Assembly (NCBI GenBank): GCA_965246715.1
Contig: CBDFFH010000014.1
Coordinates: 1-64,000, forward strand
Length of the DNA: 64,000 nucleotides
Source of the DNA: Chamaesiphon sp.
GTDB lineage: Bacteria > Cyanobacteriota > Cyanobacteriia > Cyanobacteriales > Chamaesiphonaceae
Reading direction: 5' to 3'
The notes under the pieces were generated by a model. It was not told the DNA's origin. It ran no database searches and saw nothing but the letters and a program-made list of their open reading frames with translations. Every line of letters begins with the position of its first letter. Position 1 is the first letter of the stretch. The translations under genes were made by a program, and so were the position numbers. Shown one piece after another: positions 53,463-61,984 of this stretch.

Positions 53463-53492
53463 AAAGCCGACTAACTATTAGTCGGCTTTTTT
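53463..53492 (+). terminator. intrinsic terminator-like hairpin
   Basis: AAAGCCGACTAA-CTA-TTAGTCGGCTTTTTT. Confidence 0.65.
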
Positions 53493-53569
53493 GTGAAAGT
53501 GTCCTGATTTGTATCACAGCAATGCGGAAATATTAGCAGCACACTGAAGATACAAACTCAAAAAATATT

Positions 53570-54121
53570 ATGACAGAGCAGATCTTGTTTAAAAGCAGTG
53601 AAATTAGCATAACAACTGCACGGTTAGAAATCAGGGGAAAAATGTACCCAATCGCACATATTACGTCAGTAAACAGTATTCAACAAAACCCAGATACCAG
53701 CAAAGCTACATCAACTTATTGGACTGGAATATTATTTACAATCTGTTCGGTTTTTGGTGCGTTAGGGCATACAGAAAACTTACTAAATACATTAAGCAAT
53801 ACAATACTTTTTAACTTATTAATTTCGGCACCAACAATATGGTTTGGCTGGTACTGGCGAAATAGCCAGAAAACCATATATTCCATCATTTTGAAGACTG
53901 CCAGTGGTGAAACAGAAACATTTAGATTCTCTGATGAAAAATTTCATCAAAATATCCTCACCGCTCTAAAAAATGCAGTTATTTCTCAGAATTCAATCAA
54001 CCATATAAATAATAGTCAATTAACTGTTGTCGAATTAGAAAAAACATTTAATTTAGAAGACAGAACTCCAACATTTAGCTCTTATTACAAAGAAATCAGC
54101 CGCAAACTGGGTAAGAAATAA
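53570..54121 (+). CDS. DUF6232-like membrane protein
   Basis: ISITTARL..GKMYPIAHITSV, two TM segments, YSIILKTASGE. Confidence 0.7.
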   Translation: MTEQILFKSSEISITTARLEIRGKMYPIAHITSVNSIQQNPDTSKATSTYWTGILFTICSVFGALGHTENLLNTLSNTILFNLLISAPTIWFGWYWRNSQKTIYSIILKTASGETETFRFSDEKFHQNILTALKNAVISQNSINHINNSQLTVVELEKTFNLEDRTPTFSSYYKEISRKLGKK

Positions 54122-54147
54122 AAATCAAATATAATTTGGACAAAACA

Positions 54148-54819
54148 ATGCAGAATATCAAACTTGCAGCAATAGTAGGATTAGTTTGTAGCGAGCTGGC
54201 GATCGGGCCATCGGCTGAAGCAAAATTATTGCCCCAAGCTAAGAAAGAAATTCAGATCGCTGCTTGCGAAGGTTATCAGACTGGCAATCTTAATTATATC
54301 CAAGTACGAGAAGAGGTCAGAGGAATGGTTCAGGAAAATTATATATTGGAACAATATGAAAAAGCCCTTTTGGGGATGGCGACTCCTATCAGAAACTACA
54401 ATGTCGATCCTGGGTTGAAGGCACAAGCTGAATACTCTTCTTCAAAAAATATCCAAGAACATACCGATACAATCATGGATGCTATAGTTCCAATCTGCCA
54501 ACCTAAAACTGTTTCTCAACCTGTAAAAACAGAACCACTGTCACCAATAGATGAGGTCATTCAAAAACGCATTTGCGATGCTTATCGATCGGGTGAGTAT
54601 AATTACAAGCAAATACGTTTGGCAACCAGCGAGCTAACTCAAAAATCTCACATTCCAGGAAAAGAAGAACGAGAAGTTTTGAATTTTGTCAAAAGTAGCA
54701 ATGTTCAGGATTTGAGCATGGAAGCCGCAATAAGTTACTACAGATATCAAACCATCCAAAGACGTATGAATACAATTTTAAATTCAGTAGTATCTAACTG
54801 CCAGCCGAAGCATAATTGA
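54148..54819 (+). CDS. secreted hypothetical protein with two tandem ~95-aa Cys-bounded repeats
   Basis: Signal peptide; IQ...C..Y..G..NY.Q.R ... IQ....TI...V..CQPK occurs twice. Confidence 0.65.
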   Translation: MQNIKLAAIVGLVCSELAIGPSAEAKLLPQAKKEIQIAACEGYQTGNLNYIQVREEVRGMVQENYILEQYEKALLGMATPIRNYNVDPGLKAQAEYSSSKNIQEHTDTIMDAIVPICQPKTVSQPVKTEPLSPIDEVIQKRICDAYRSGEYNYKQIRLATSELTQKSHIPGKEEREVLNFVKSSNVQDLSMEAAISYYRYQTIQRRMNTILNSVVSNCQPKHN

Positions 54820-54827
54820 TGAAAATT

Positions 54828-55106
54828 CTAGATTTGATTTAACGAAATATAATTTATTAGCTGATAATTAATCCAGCGATCGCGCAACCAATCCGGCTCC
54901 AAAGTTAGAGAAGATCGACTCTGTACCACAATAATATGTTTGTCCGAGACATCGGATCGTTGACCTTTGCTCTGCCTTCGGCAATCGTGTTGATATTGCC
55001 AGTGGGGACAGGTACATCGCCATTGCTCGCCAAACTTGGAAACAAGGTAAAGATAATAGAGGCTGGCGCAATAAAAGCTATGCCAGTACATTACAATTGG
55101 TTGCAA
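54828..55106 (-). pseudogene. SWIM zinc-finger-like remnant with an in-frame 24-nt insertion (54960-54983)
   Basis: YLVSKFGEQWRCTCPHWQY...KHI. Confidence 0.45.
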
Positions 55107-55169
55107 TTAATTGACAGTTCGGGCGAATACTCTCTAGATTCTGAATACAGGCTTAGAGCAGGTGACAGT

Positions 55170-55382
55170 ATGGGTGATGCAAAAAGACGGAAAGAAAGCG
55201 GTCGGGAGCCTGCTGAGTCCAAGCGAATCTTCCCGTGGTTGCCATTAACAATGGCTCAATCAGAGGCATTCGTCCAGACTAGTACTAAAGGCGCTTGGAT
55301 TGGGATCGGTTTATTAGTATTTGCGTGGCTGATGGTACGGCTCATTGGTCCTGCATTGGGATTATGGCAGACCGTAGGGTAA
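55170..55382 (+). CDS. DUF2839-like small membrane protein
   Basis: MGDAKRRK...PWLPLT...TKGAWIGIG...RLIGPALGLW. Confidence 0.8.
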   Translation: MGDAKRRKESGREPAESKRIFPWLPLTMAQSEAFVQTSTKGAWIGIGLLVFAWLMVRLIGPALGLWQTVG

Positions 55383-55465
55383 TCCGATCGATATTTGCGT
55401 GGCTGATGGTACGACCGATCGGCCCTGCCTTGAGATTATGGCAGACCGTAGGGTAATCCGATCGA
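55318..55465 (+). repeat. 74-bp tandem duplication of the DUF2839-like gene 3' end
   Basis: 55318-55391 versus 55392-55465, 7 mismatches. Confidence 0.9.
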
Positions 55466-55580
55466 AATGTACGGAGATCGAGGTAGAGATCGATCGCTAT
55501 CCTCCCGATCGAGAAATGTCATAATGGAAATGGATATTTTTCCATTTACCTACCTCAATAATTAGCTCGATCGATTGTGT

Positions 55581-56069
55581 ATGAACTCTTCAGAACAATC
55601 TTTAACTCGCTCCTATAGCCAGGAAGATGTCCAACAGATCCTCAATATCGCCCTGGCGCAGCATCCGGATGCGGGTACAGAATTATCCTACGCGCAATTA
55701 TTAGAAATTGCCGATGAATTGCGGATCCCTGCCGATACGCTCAAGCTCGCCGAAAATAAGTGGCTCGTTCAACAGAGTTCGGCTAACAAACTTCAAGAAT
55801 TCGACGCGCACCGTCGATCGAAGTTTCAGGATAAATTAGGTAAATATCTCATTACCAATGCTTGTTTGGTAGCAGTAAATTTACTGATGGGATTTGGCGC
55901 ACCTTGGTCGTTGTATATCCTAATTTTTTGGGGTATGGGCGTTGGTTTGGATGCGTGGAAATTATTTTATCAGCGCCAAGGACAAGCTTACGATCGCGCC
56001 TTCCAAAGTTGGGAACGCAAACGCAAGATTCAGAAGTCAATTACTGGTTTAATCGATAAATTAGTCTAG
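55581..56069 (+). CDS. 2TM-domain protein
   Basis: YSQEDVQQIL..A, LLEIADEL, two TM helices with WGMG. Confidence 0.8.
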   Translation: MNSSEQSLTRSYSQEDVQQILNIALAQHPDAGTELSYAQLLEIADELRIPADTLKLAENKWLVQQSSANKLQEFDAHRRSKFQDKLGKYLITNACLVAVNLLMGFGAPWSLYILIFWGMGVGLDAWKLFYQRQGQAYDRAFQSWERKRKIQKSITGLIDKLV

Positions 56070-56087
56070 TATTAAAAGCAAGTTCAG

Positions 56088-57863
56088 ATGTTGTTATTAC
56101 TGTGGCTGATCCTGGGGGCTGGTTTGCGACTGGCTGACTTGGATGTCAAGCCACCGTGGACGGATGAATTTAATACGATCGTCTTGAGTTTGGGTAATAG
56201 TTTCAAGTCGGTGCCGCTCGATCGAGTTATTAGTTTTCAAGACCTCCTTGCGACATTAAAACCGAATCCTGCTGTCACGCTGGGGGATGTCGTCCGTCAA
56301 GTAGCACTCGAAGATCGGCAACCGCCGATTTATTTTGCCATCGCGCATCTATGGATGCAGCTTTTTCCTCCCGATGGTGGATTTGTGAGTCTGTGGGCTG
56401 CTCGTGCTTTACCTGCTGTCATCGGCATCTTGACAATTCCGGGCATTTATCTGTGCAGCTATTTTGTCTTTCGATCGCAGCTTATCGCGCACCTGACTGC
56501 GGCGATGTTGGCAGTATCGCCATATGGGGTCTATATCGCCCAGGAAGCCCGTCATTATAGCTTGGCGATCCTCTGGATTGCAATTTCAATAAGTTGTTTG
56601 GCAAGCGCTTGTGGCTATCTCTCCAGACAGCAAAAAATACCTTTCGTCCAGATTTGCCTCTGGATAGTGGTGAATAATTTGGCGCTGGCGACAAATCAGC
56701 TATCGGCTATCGCCCTCATCGCGGAAGCGATTGTCGCGATCTCGTTCTATCTCTGGCAAATTCACCAAGCCAATACCAAAGCAGCCATAGATCGATCGAT
56801 CTTAGCGCTCGCGCTAACCAACTTGCTACATCCCAGTTGGCGGCGATTGTATCTGGTCATTTTGGGGACTGTCGCTGGTGGAATTTGGGGGTGGTGGTTA
56901 CTAGCGCGTACTTACGATCCGAGTCTGACAATGTGGATCGATAATACTCCGCATAAATCGATCGAAATCGTCAATCCGTTCTTCCAATTAATCGGCGCAG
57001 CGATTACGATGATGTCGCTATTACTTGTCGAAGTAGCAGAATTGCCGCCGCTGTCGATGCTGTCAGAGATGCCTATCGATCTGAATCTCCCGATTATTAT
57101 CGTCTCAGCGATTTTGATGCTGATTTTCTTTGGATGGGCGATCCCGCTGCTAGCTCGTGGCATTGGCATTCAGTTACGCCAATCCTCAACCAAGACTGGG
57201 ACATTAGCAATCGGCGGATTTGTGGCGATCTCGATCGGGTTATATTTAGTTATCCCCTGGCTGACTGGAGTAGATATTACTCAGGGAGCGCGCTATCATT
57301 TTGTCTACTTCCCCGCGATGATGATGCTGATTGGCTTGGGATTGGCAAGTTGTTGGCAAAGCTTACCGTCAATTGCCAAATGGGTATCGGGCAAGCAAGC
57401 TGTCGCGATCGTGCTATTAATGGGATTGGTTAGTAGTGCGATCGTGGCTAGTAACTACGGCTACCACAAATATTATCGTCCCGAACAACTGGTACCGCTG
57501 ATGCAACAGTCGGCACCGATACCCATGTTGATTGCGACTACGCATAATAGTTTGATTCAAGTTGGCGAGATGATGGGGGTGGCATGGGAGCTACGGCGTA
57601 CCGATAAATTCAAACAAGCCCCCAAAACTCAGTTTCTCCTCGCTCATCAATTGCAACGATTCTGCGAACGCGACTGTCCACCTACCAAGATTTTACGCGA
57701 GACGATCGATCGGATTTCACACCCGATCGATCTGTGGGCGATTAATTTTTATGCGCCAATGAGTTTACCCCCGACTTGTGAGGTCGATAAAAAGTTTACG
57801 GATGGGATCTATGGTTATGAATATCGGCTCTATCACTGTCAGCCGATTAAAGATATCGATTGA
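56088..57863 (+). CDS. GT39/PMT-like membrane glycosyltransferase
   Basis: PPWTDE, PPIYF..HLW, SPYGVYIAQEARHYSL; many TM segments. Confidence 0.85.
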   Translation: MLLLLWLILGAGLRLADLDVKPPWTDEFNTIVLSLGNSFKSVPLDRVISFQDLLATLKPNPAVTLGDVVRQVALEDRQPPIYFAIAHLWMQLFPPDGGFVSLWAARALPAVIGILTIPGIYLCSYFVFRSQLIAHLTAAMLAVSPYGVYIAQEARHYSLAILWIAISISCLASACGYLSRQQKIPFVQICLWIVVNNLALATNQLSAIALIAEAIVAISFYLWQIHQANTKAAIDRSILALALTNLLHPSWRRLYLVILGTVAGGIWGWWLLARTYDPSLTMWIDNTPHKSIEIVNPFFQLIGAAITMMSLLLVEVAELPPLSMLSEMPIDLNLPIIIVSAILMLIFFGWAIPLLARGIGIQLRQSSTKTGTLAIGGFVAISIGLYLVIPWLTGVDITQGARYHFVYFPAMMMLIGLGLASCWQSLPSIAKWVSGKQAVAIVLLMGLVSSAIVASNYGYHKYYRPEQLVPLMQQSAPIPMLIATTHNSLIQVGEMMGVAWELRRTDKFKQAPKTQFLLAHQLQRFCERDCPPTKILRETIDRISHPIDLWAINFYAPMSLPPTCEVDKKFTDGIYGYEYRLYHCQPIKDID

Positions 57864-57865
57864 GA

Positions 57866-58050
57866 TTCGGACATAGTGGGACACCAATAGCCAATCTACT
57901 TTCCTCCGGTAGAAACGATCGCGCTAGCGATGAAAGCAAGAAGCGAAGGACTAGGAATCAGGGCGACGGGAAGAGTGTTAGGAGTGGCAGCAAATAGTGT
58001 AATTAATTGGGAAAACCATTTAGCAGCAGCCTTATCAAATTGGTCACAAA
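57866..58050 (+). pseudogene. IS1-family transposase remnant
   Basis: Reads ETIALAMKARSEGLGIRATGRVLGVAANSVINWE (InsA-like HTH). Confidence 0.6.
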
Positions 58051-58167
58051 TGGGATCGATCGACATATTAACAGTAAGGTATTAACCACTGCCGCGATCG
58101 CTCGTTCGCATAGCGTGCCGGAGGCGATCGAAGTATACTCAATCCATGACCCTATCTCGATCGAATC

Positions 58168-59097
58168 ATGTCCAATTCTTATTCCCTCACGATTCATGGT
58201 GGTGCTGGTGCCCTAGAAGATCTCAAGCATGAAGCCAGTGCAGCAGAGTTCGAGCAGAGTGTCATCACCATCTTGGAACGCGGACGCGAACGGCTAGCCG
58301 CAGGCGATAGTGCCTTGGCTGTGGTGGAATATTGTGTCACCCTGTTGGAAGACGATCGACTCTACAATGCTGGATGCGGATCGGTGTTAAATGCCGATGG
58401 TAAAGTGGAAATGGATGCAGCCCTGATGGATGGGCGCGATCTTCGAGCGGGGGCTGTCGCCGGGATTAGGAATATTAAAAATCCGATCGCCTTAGCTCGG
58501 CGCGTACTGGAGCGGGGCGAGCATGTGTTGCTCATGGGTGAGGGCGCGTTAGAGTTTGCACGCTTTTGTGAGGTCGAAACTTACCCGGATGCTTACTTTA
58601 TTACACCAGCGAGAATTCAGCAGTTAACGGAAGCTCAGGCGGCTGGACGGATGACTTTAGACCACGAGAAGATAAAGCCAAATCAGAAGCTAGGTACTGT
58701 AGGCGCTGTAGCGCGAGATCTTCATGGCAATCTAGCTGCAGCGACATCTACAGGCGGATTGGTAAATAAACGGTGGGGTCGGGTGGGCGATACCCCAGTC
58801 ATCGGCGCAGGGGTGTTTGCGGATAATGAGACTTGTGCGGTATCGGCAACGGGTTATGGCGAGCAGTTTTTACGCACGGTGCTGGCGAAAACAATTTCCG
58901 ATTTCGTGCAGTTTCAGGGCATGGATGCTGAAGCTGCGGCGCAGGCGGGAATCGAGTATTTGGTCGCCAAGGTGAATGGCATCGGTGGGGTCATCGTCAT
59001 CGATAGCGCGGGGCGCTGTGCGGCGGCACAGTCCACTTCTGGGTTGATTCGTGGTTGGATCGAGTTGGGGGGCGAGGCGCGCTGTACGTTAGGATAA
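58168..59097 (+). CDS. iaaA: isoaspartyl peptidase/L-asparaginase (Ntn hydrolase)
   Basis: IHGGAG, EMDAALMDG, LGTVGAVA, ATSTGG, GRVGDTP. Confidence 0.92.
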   Translation: MSNSYSLTIHGGAGALEDLKHEASAAEFEQSVITILERGRERLAAGDSALAVVEYCVTLLEDDRLYNAGCGSVLNADGKVEMDAALMDGRDLRAGAVAGIRNIKNPIALARRVLERGEHVLLMGEGALEFARFCEVETYPDAYFITPARIQQLTEAQAAGRMTLDHEKIKPNQKLGTVGAVARDLHGNLAAATSTGGLVNKRWGRVGDTPVIGAGVFADNETCAVSATGYGEQFLRTVLAKTISDFVQFQGMDAEAAAQAGIEYLVAKVNGIGGVIVIDSAGRCAAAQSTSGLIRGWIELGGEARCTLG

Positions 59098-59123
59098 CGC
59101 AAGTTGCTACCTAGAAACGCCTA

Positions 59124-59538
59124 CGATTGAAATCGTGGCTACAGTTACAAAGTCCGCCTTCGCGGACTAATATAACCTCAGTTCGGGATAAGGAAAACTG
59201 ATTTGCTCCGCTCTAGCACCGCCCTGAACTGGAAGTGTCTCGTTCCGAGAGGCTACGCCAACGGGCTAATAGCTCAAGTTCTCTGAAGAGAACTACCAAA
59301 TTTCTTAGTTCGTTTTAACGAACTTTTGCTATGAGCAACTAATTTATTTGAGGGCGGTGCAGAAACGAAGCTAGCAATCATCGATTCTCCAAGGAGAGGC
59401 TATCGCCAACGGTAACCCTTATCCCGAACTCACGTTAATAAATTAGTCCGCGAAGGCGGACTTTGCGTGACGAGCAGCGATGCGCGCTCGTCTGGTCTCC
59501 CAACGTAAAAAGCGATCGAGAGAGCGGTTTCTAACCGC
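59124..59538. repeat. REP doublet with nested MITE and small elements
   Basis: Arms at 59124-59170 and 59443-59538; 47-nt insert at 59476-59522. Confidence 0.8.
59175..59435. mobile_element. IS982-like MITE carrying a second REP-doublet family and two 24-nt elements
   Basis: TIRs ACCTCAGTTCGGGATAAGG / CCTTATCCCGAACTCACGT; flanks TAATATA/TAATAAA; 24-mers at 59238-59261 and 59386-59409. Confidence 0.85.
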
Positions 59539-59643
59539 TGAGATTGTAGGTATCAACTTGGGTTAGGATAAGCGAAACCATGCGGATAAATTACGCAGCT
59601 TGCGCGCCGCTTGTTGGCTCGCAATTTTACCCCGATAACTTGC

Positions 59644-60408
59644 ATGTCCCCAGCGCCAGAACTAGCAGTTGAATTCGATCGAGTTAACTTCGAGATCGAT
59701 CGTCGTCCGTTATTATCGAACTTAAATCTCCAGATCTATGCGGGCGAAACCCTAGTTCTATTGGGACGTAGTGGTAGCGGCAAGACAACGACATTGAAAC
59801 TCATCAATCGCTTGTTAACTCCTACCAGTGGCAGCGTATTGGTAAACCAGCGCCCAACAACTGACTGGGATGCCATCAAACTCCGGCGGCGGATCGGTTA
59901 TGCAATTCAGGATACAGGGCTATTTCCACATCTAAGCGTGTATCAAAATGTGGCAATCGTCCCATCGCTCGAAAAGTGGACACAACCGCGCATTCAGGAG
60001 CGTGTCGATGAAATGTTAGTTTTGGTGGGGTTAGCACCGGAAGTCTTCGCGCGCCGCTATCCCCATCAACTTTCTGGCGGTCAACGTCAGCGGGTGGGGG
60101 TCGCTAGAGCCTTAGCCGCCGACCCTGCGATCTTACTCATGGATGAACCTTTTGGCGCGCTCGATCCGATTACTCGATTGGAATTGCAACAACAGTTTCA
60201 GTATTTGCAGCGACAACTCGAAAAAACTGTTGTTTTTGTCACTCATGATATTCAAGAAGCTTTTGTGTTTGGGACGCGGATTGGGTTGATGGCGGGGGGT
60301 AATTTAGTAGTATTAGGCACGAAAGCTGAATTTCTCCAATCTCAACATCCCGAAGCTCAAGCTTTTATGGCTTGTTTGACTGCTGGTGAAAATTGGAAAA
60401 GTGCGTAA
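59644..60408 (+). CDS. osmoprotectant ABC transporter ATP-binding protein
   Basis: GRSGSGKT, LRRRIGYAIQDTGLFPH, LSGGQRQR, MDEPFGALD. Confidence 0.9.
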   Translation: MSPAPELAVEFDRVNFEIDRRPLLSNLNLQIYAGETLVLLGRSGSGKTTTLKLINRLLTPTSGSVLVNQRPTTDWDAIKLRRRIGYAIQDTGLFPHLSVYQNVAIVPSLEKWTQPRIQERVDEMLVLVGLAPEVFARRYPHQLSGGQRQRVGVARALAADPAILLMDEPFGALDPITRLELQQQFQYLQRQLEKTVVFVTHDIQEAFVFGTRIGLMAGGNLVVLGTKAEFLQSQHPEAQAFMACLTAGENWKSA

Positions 60409-60423
60409 TTAAAGGAGAGCGTC

Positions 60424-61983
60424 TTGTTTTTTAGCGAATATGCCTCAGAAATTGTCCTCCGCACGGGCGAGCATATCATCTTAGTGACGATCGCAATGTC
60501 AGTAGCGGTCGCGATCGGGATTCCGATTGGGATTTTTATTACGCGCCAACCCAAACTTGCCACACCCATTCTCACTGTCGCGAATGCGATTCAAACTATT
60601 CCCAGTTTGGCAATTTTTGGTTTTCTAATTTCCGTACCATTACTCGGTGGAATTGGTAAAACTCCAGCAATTGTCGCGCTAACTCTATATGCGTTATTAC
60701 CCTTAATTCGGAACACTTATATTGGGATTAATAGCGTCGATCCGGCTATTAGGGAAGCGGCGATCGGGATGGGAATGACCGATCGACAACTATTATTTCA
60801 GGTCGAAATTCCGCTGGCAATCGGGGTGATTTTAGCTGGGGTAAGAGTTGCGACAGTGATTTGTGTCGGGATTGCCACGATCGCGGCGGCGATTGGTGGT
60901 GGAGGATTGGGGGTATTTATCTTTCGGGGGATTGCGACGGTTAACGATCGCCTAATTTTAGCAGGAGCGATTCCGGCGGCGGCGATTTCTTTAGGTGCAG
61001 ATTTTGCTTTGGGTTGGGTGGAACGACAACTGACACAACAACAAGAAAGACCAACAAAAAATAATAATCGTCAAATTGCGATCGCGATTGGTGGCATTAT
61101 CTTAGCGATCCTCAGTTCATTAATTTTCATCTACGGTCGATCGGTACCGACGATCGTTATCGGCTCAAAGAATTTTACCGAGCAAGTTATTTTAGGTGAA
61201 TTACTCGCGCAGCAAATCGAGAATAATACGCCGTTAAAAGTCGATCGCAAGTTTAGTCTCGGTGGGACGTTTATCTGTCATGAAGCAGTTAAAGCTGGAA
61301 AAATCGATGGCTATGTCGAATATACGGGTACGTCACTCACTGCGATCCTCAAGGAAAAACCGCTCGCGAGTCCACAAGTAGTCTTCGATCGAGTCAAACA
61401 AGAGTATCTCCAAAAGTTTCAATTATCAGTCCTCCCATCCTTGGGATTTAATAACACCTTTGCAATGATTATCCGAGGTGACGATGCCAACCGTTGGCAG
61501 ATTAAAACGCTGTCAGAGGCTGCTAAATATACACCCCAAATGCAAGCCGGATTTGGTTATGAATTTCTCGAACGTGCCGATGGTTATCCAGGCTTAGCGA
61601 AAACTTATGGTTTGAAATTTGCCAATCCGCCGCAACAAATGGAGCTGGGATTGATGTATCAAGCCTTGAAGGAAAAGAAGGTAGATTTGATCGCCGCAAA
61701 TTCTACCGATGGATTGATTCCGGCTTTAAAATTAACGATATTAGCAGATGACAAGCAATATTTTCCGCCTTATGAAGCCGTACCTGTCTTCAATCGATCG
61801 ACCTTAACTAAGTATCCAGACTTGCAAGGTGCGATCGATAAATTAACTGGGATGATTTCTACTCAAGCAATGCAACAGATGAATTATCGTGTCGATAATC
61901 AGTCTATTCCAGTCGAGCAAGTGGTGCGGGAATTTCTGGAGTCTAAACCGCAATTACGATCGGCTGTAAAGCAGCCAGCATAA
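60424..61983 (+). CDS. osmoprotectant ABC transporter permease/substrate-binding fusion
   Basis: QTIPSLA, EAAIGMGM, IGSKNFTEQ, YVEYTGT, FNNTFA, FPPY. Confidence 0.9.
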   Translation: MFFSEYASEIVLRTGEHIILVTIAMSVAVAIGIPIGIFITRQPKLATPILTVANAIQTIPSLAIFGFLISVPLLGGIGKTPAIVALTLYALLPLIRNTYIGINSVDPAIREAAIGMGMTDRQLLFQVEIPLAIGVILAGVRVATVICVGIATIAAAIGGGGLGVFIFRGIATVNDRLILAGAIPAAAISLGADFALGWVERQLTQQQERPTKNNNRQIAIAIGGIILAILSSLIFIYGRSVPTIVIGSKNFTEQVILGELLAQQIENNTPLKVDRKFSLGGTFICHEAVKAGKIDGYVEYTGTSLTAILKEKPLASPQVVFDRVKQEYLQKFQLSVLPSLGFNNTFAMIIRGDDANRWQIKTLSEAAKYTPQMQAGFGYEFLERADGYPGLAKTYGLKFANPPQQMELGLMYQALKEKKVDLIAANSTDGLIPALKLTILADDKQYFPPYEAVPVFNRSTLTKYPDLQGAIDKLTGMISTQAMQQMNYRVDNQSIPVEQVVREFLESKPQLRSAVKQPA

Positions 61984-61984
61984 T

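Noticed and set aside
53385..53480. 31-aa ORF MPGEDVLRILEAATKRVMTDAAKKAGKPTNY ending in a terminator
   Set aside because: Possibly a gene 3' remnant, but there is no recognisable family or RBS to support a call.
55318..55465. Possible DGR template/variable repeat pair
   Set aside because: Mismatches are not confined to adenines on either strand, and no reverse transcriptase is in the window.
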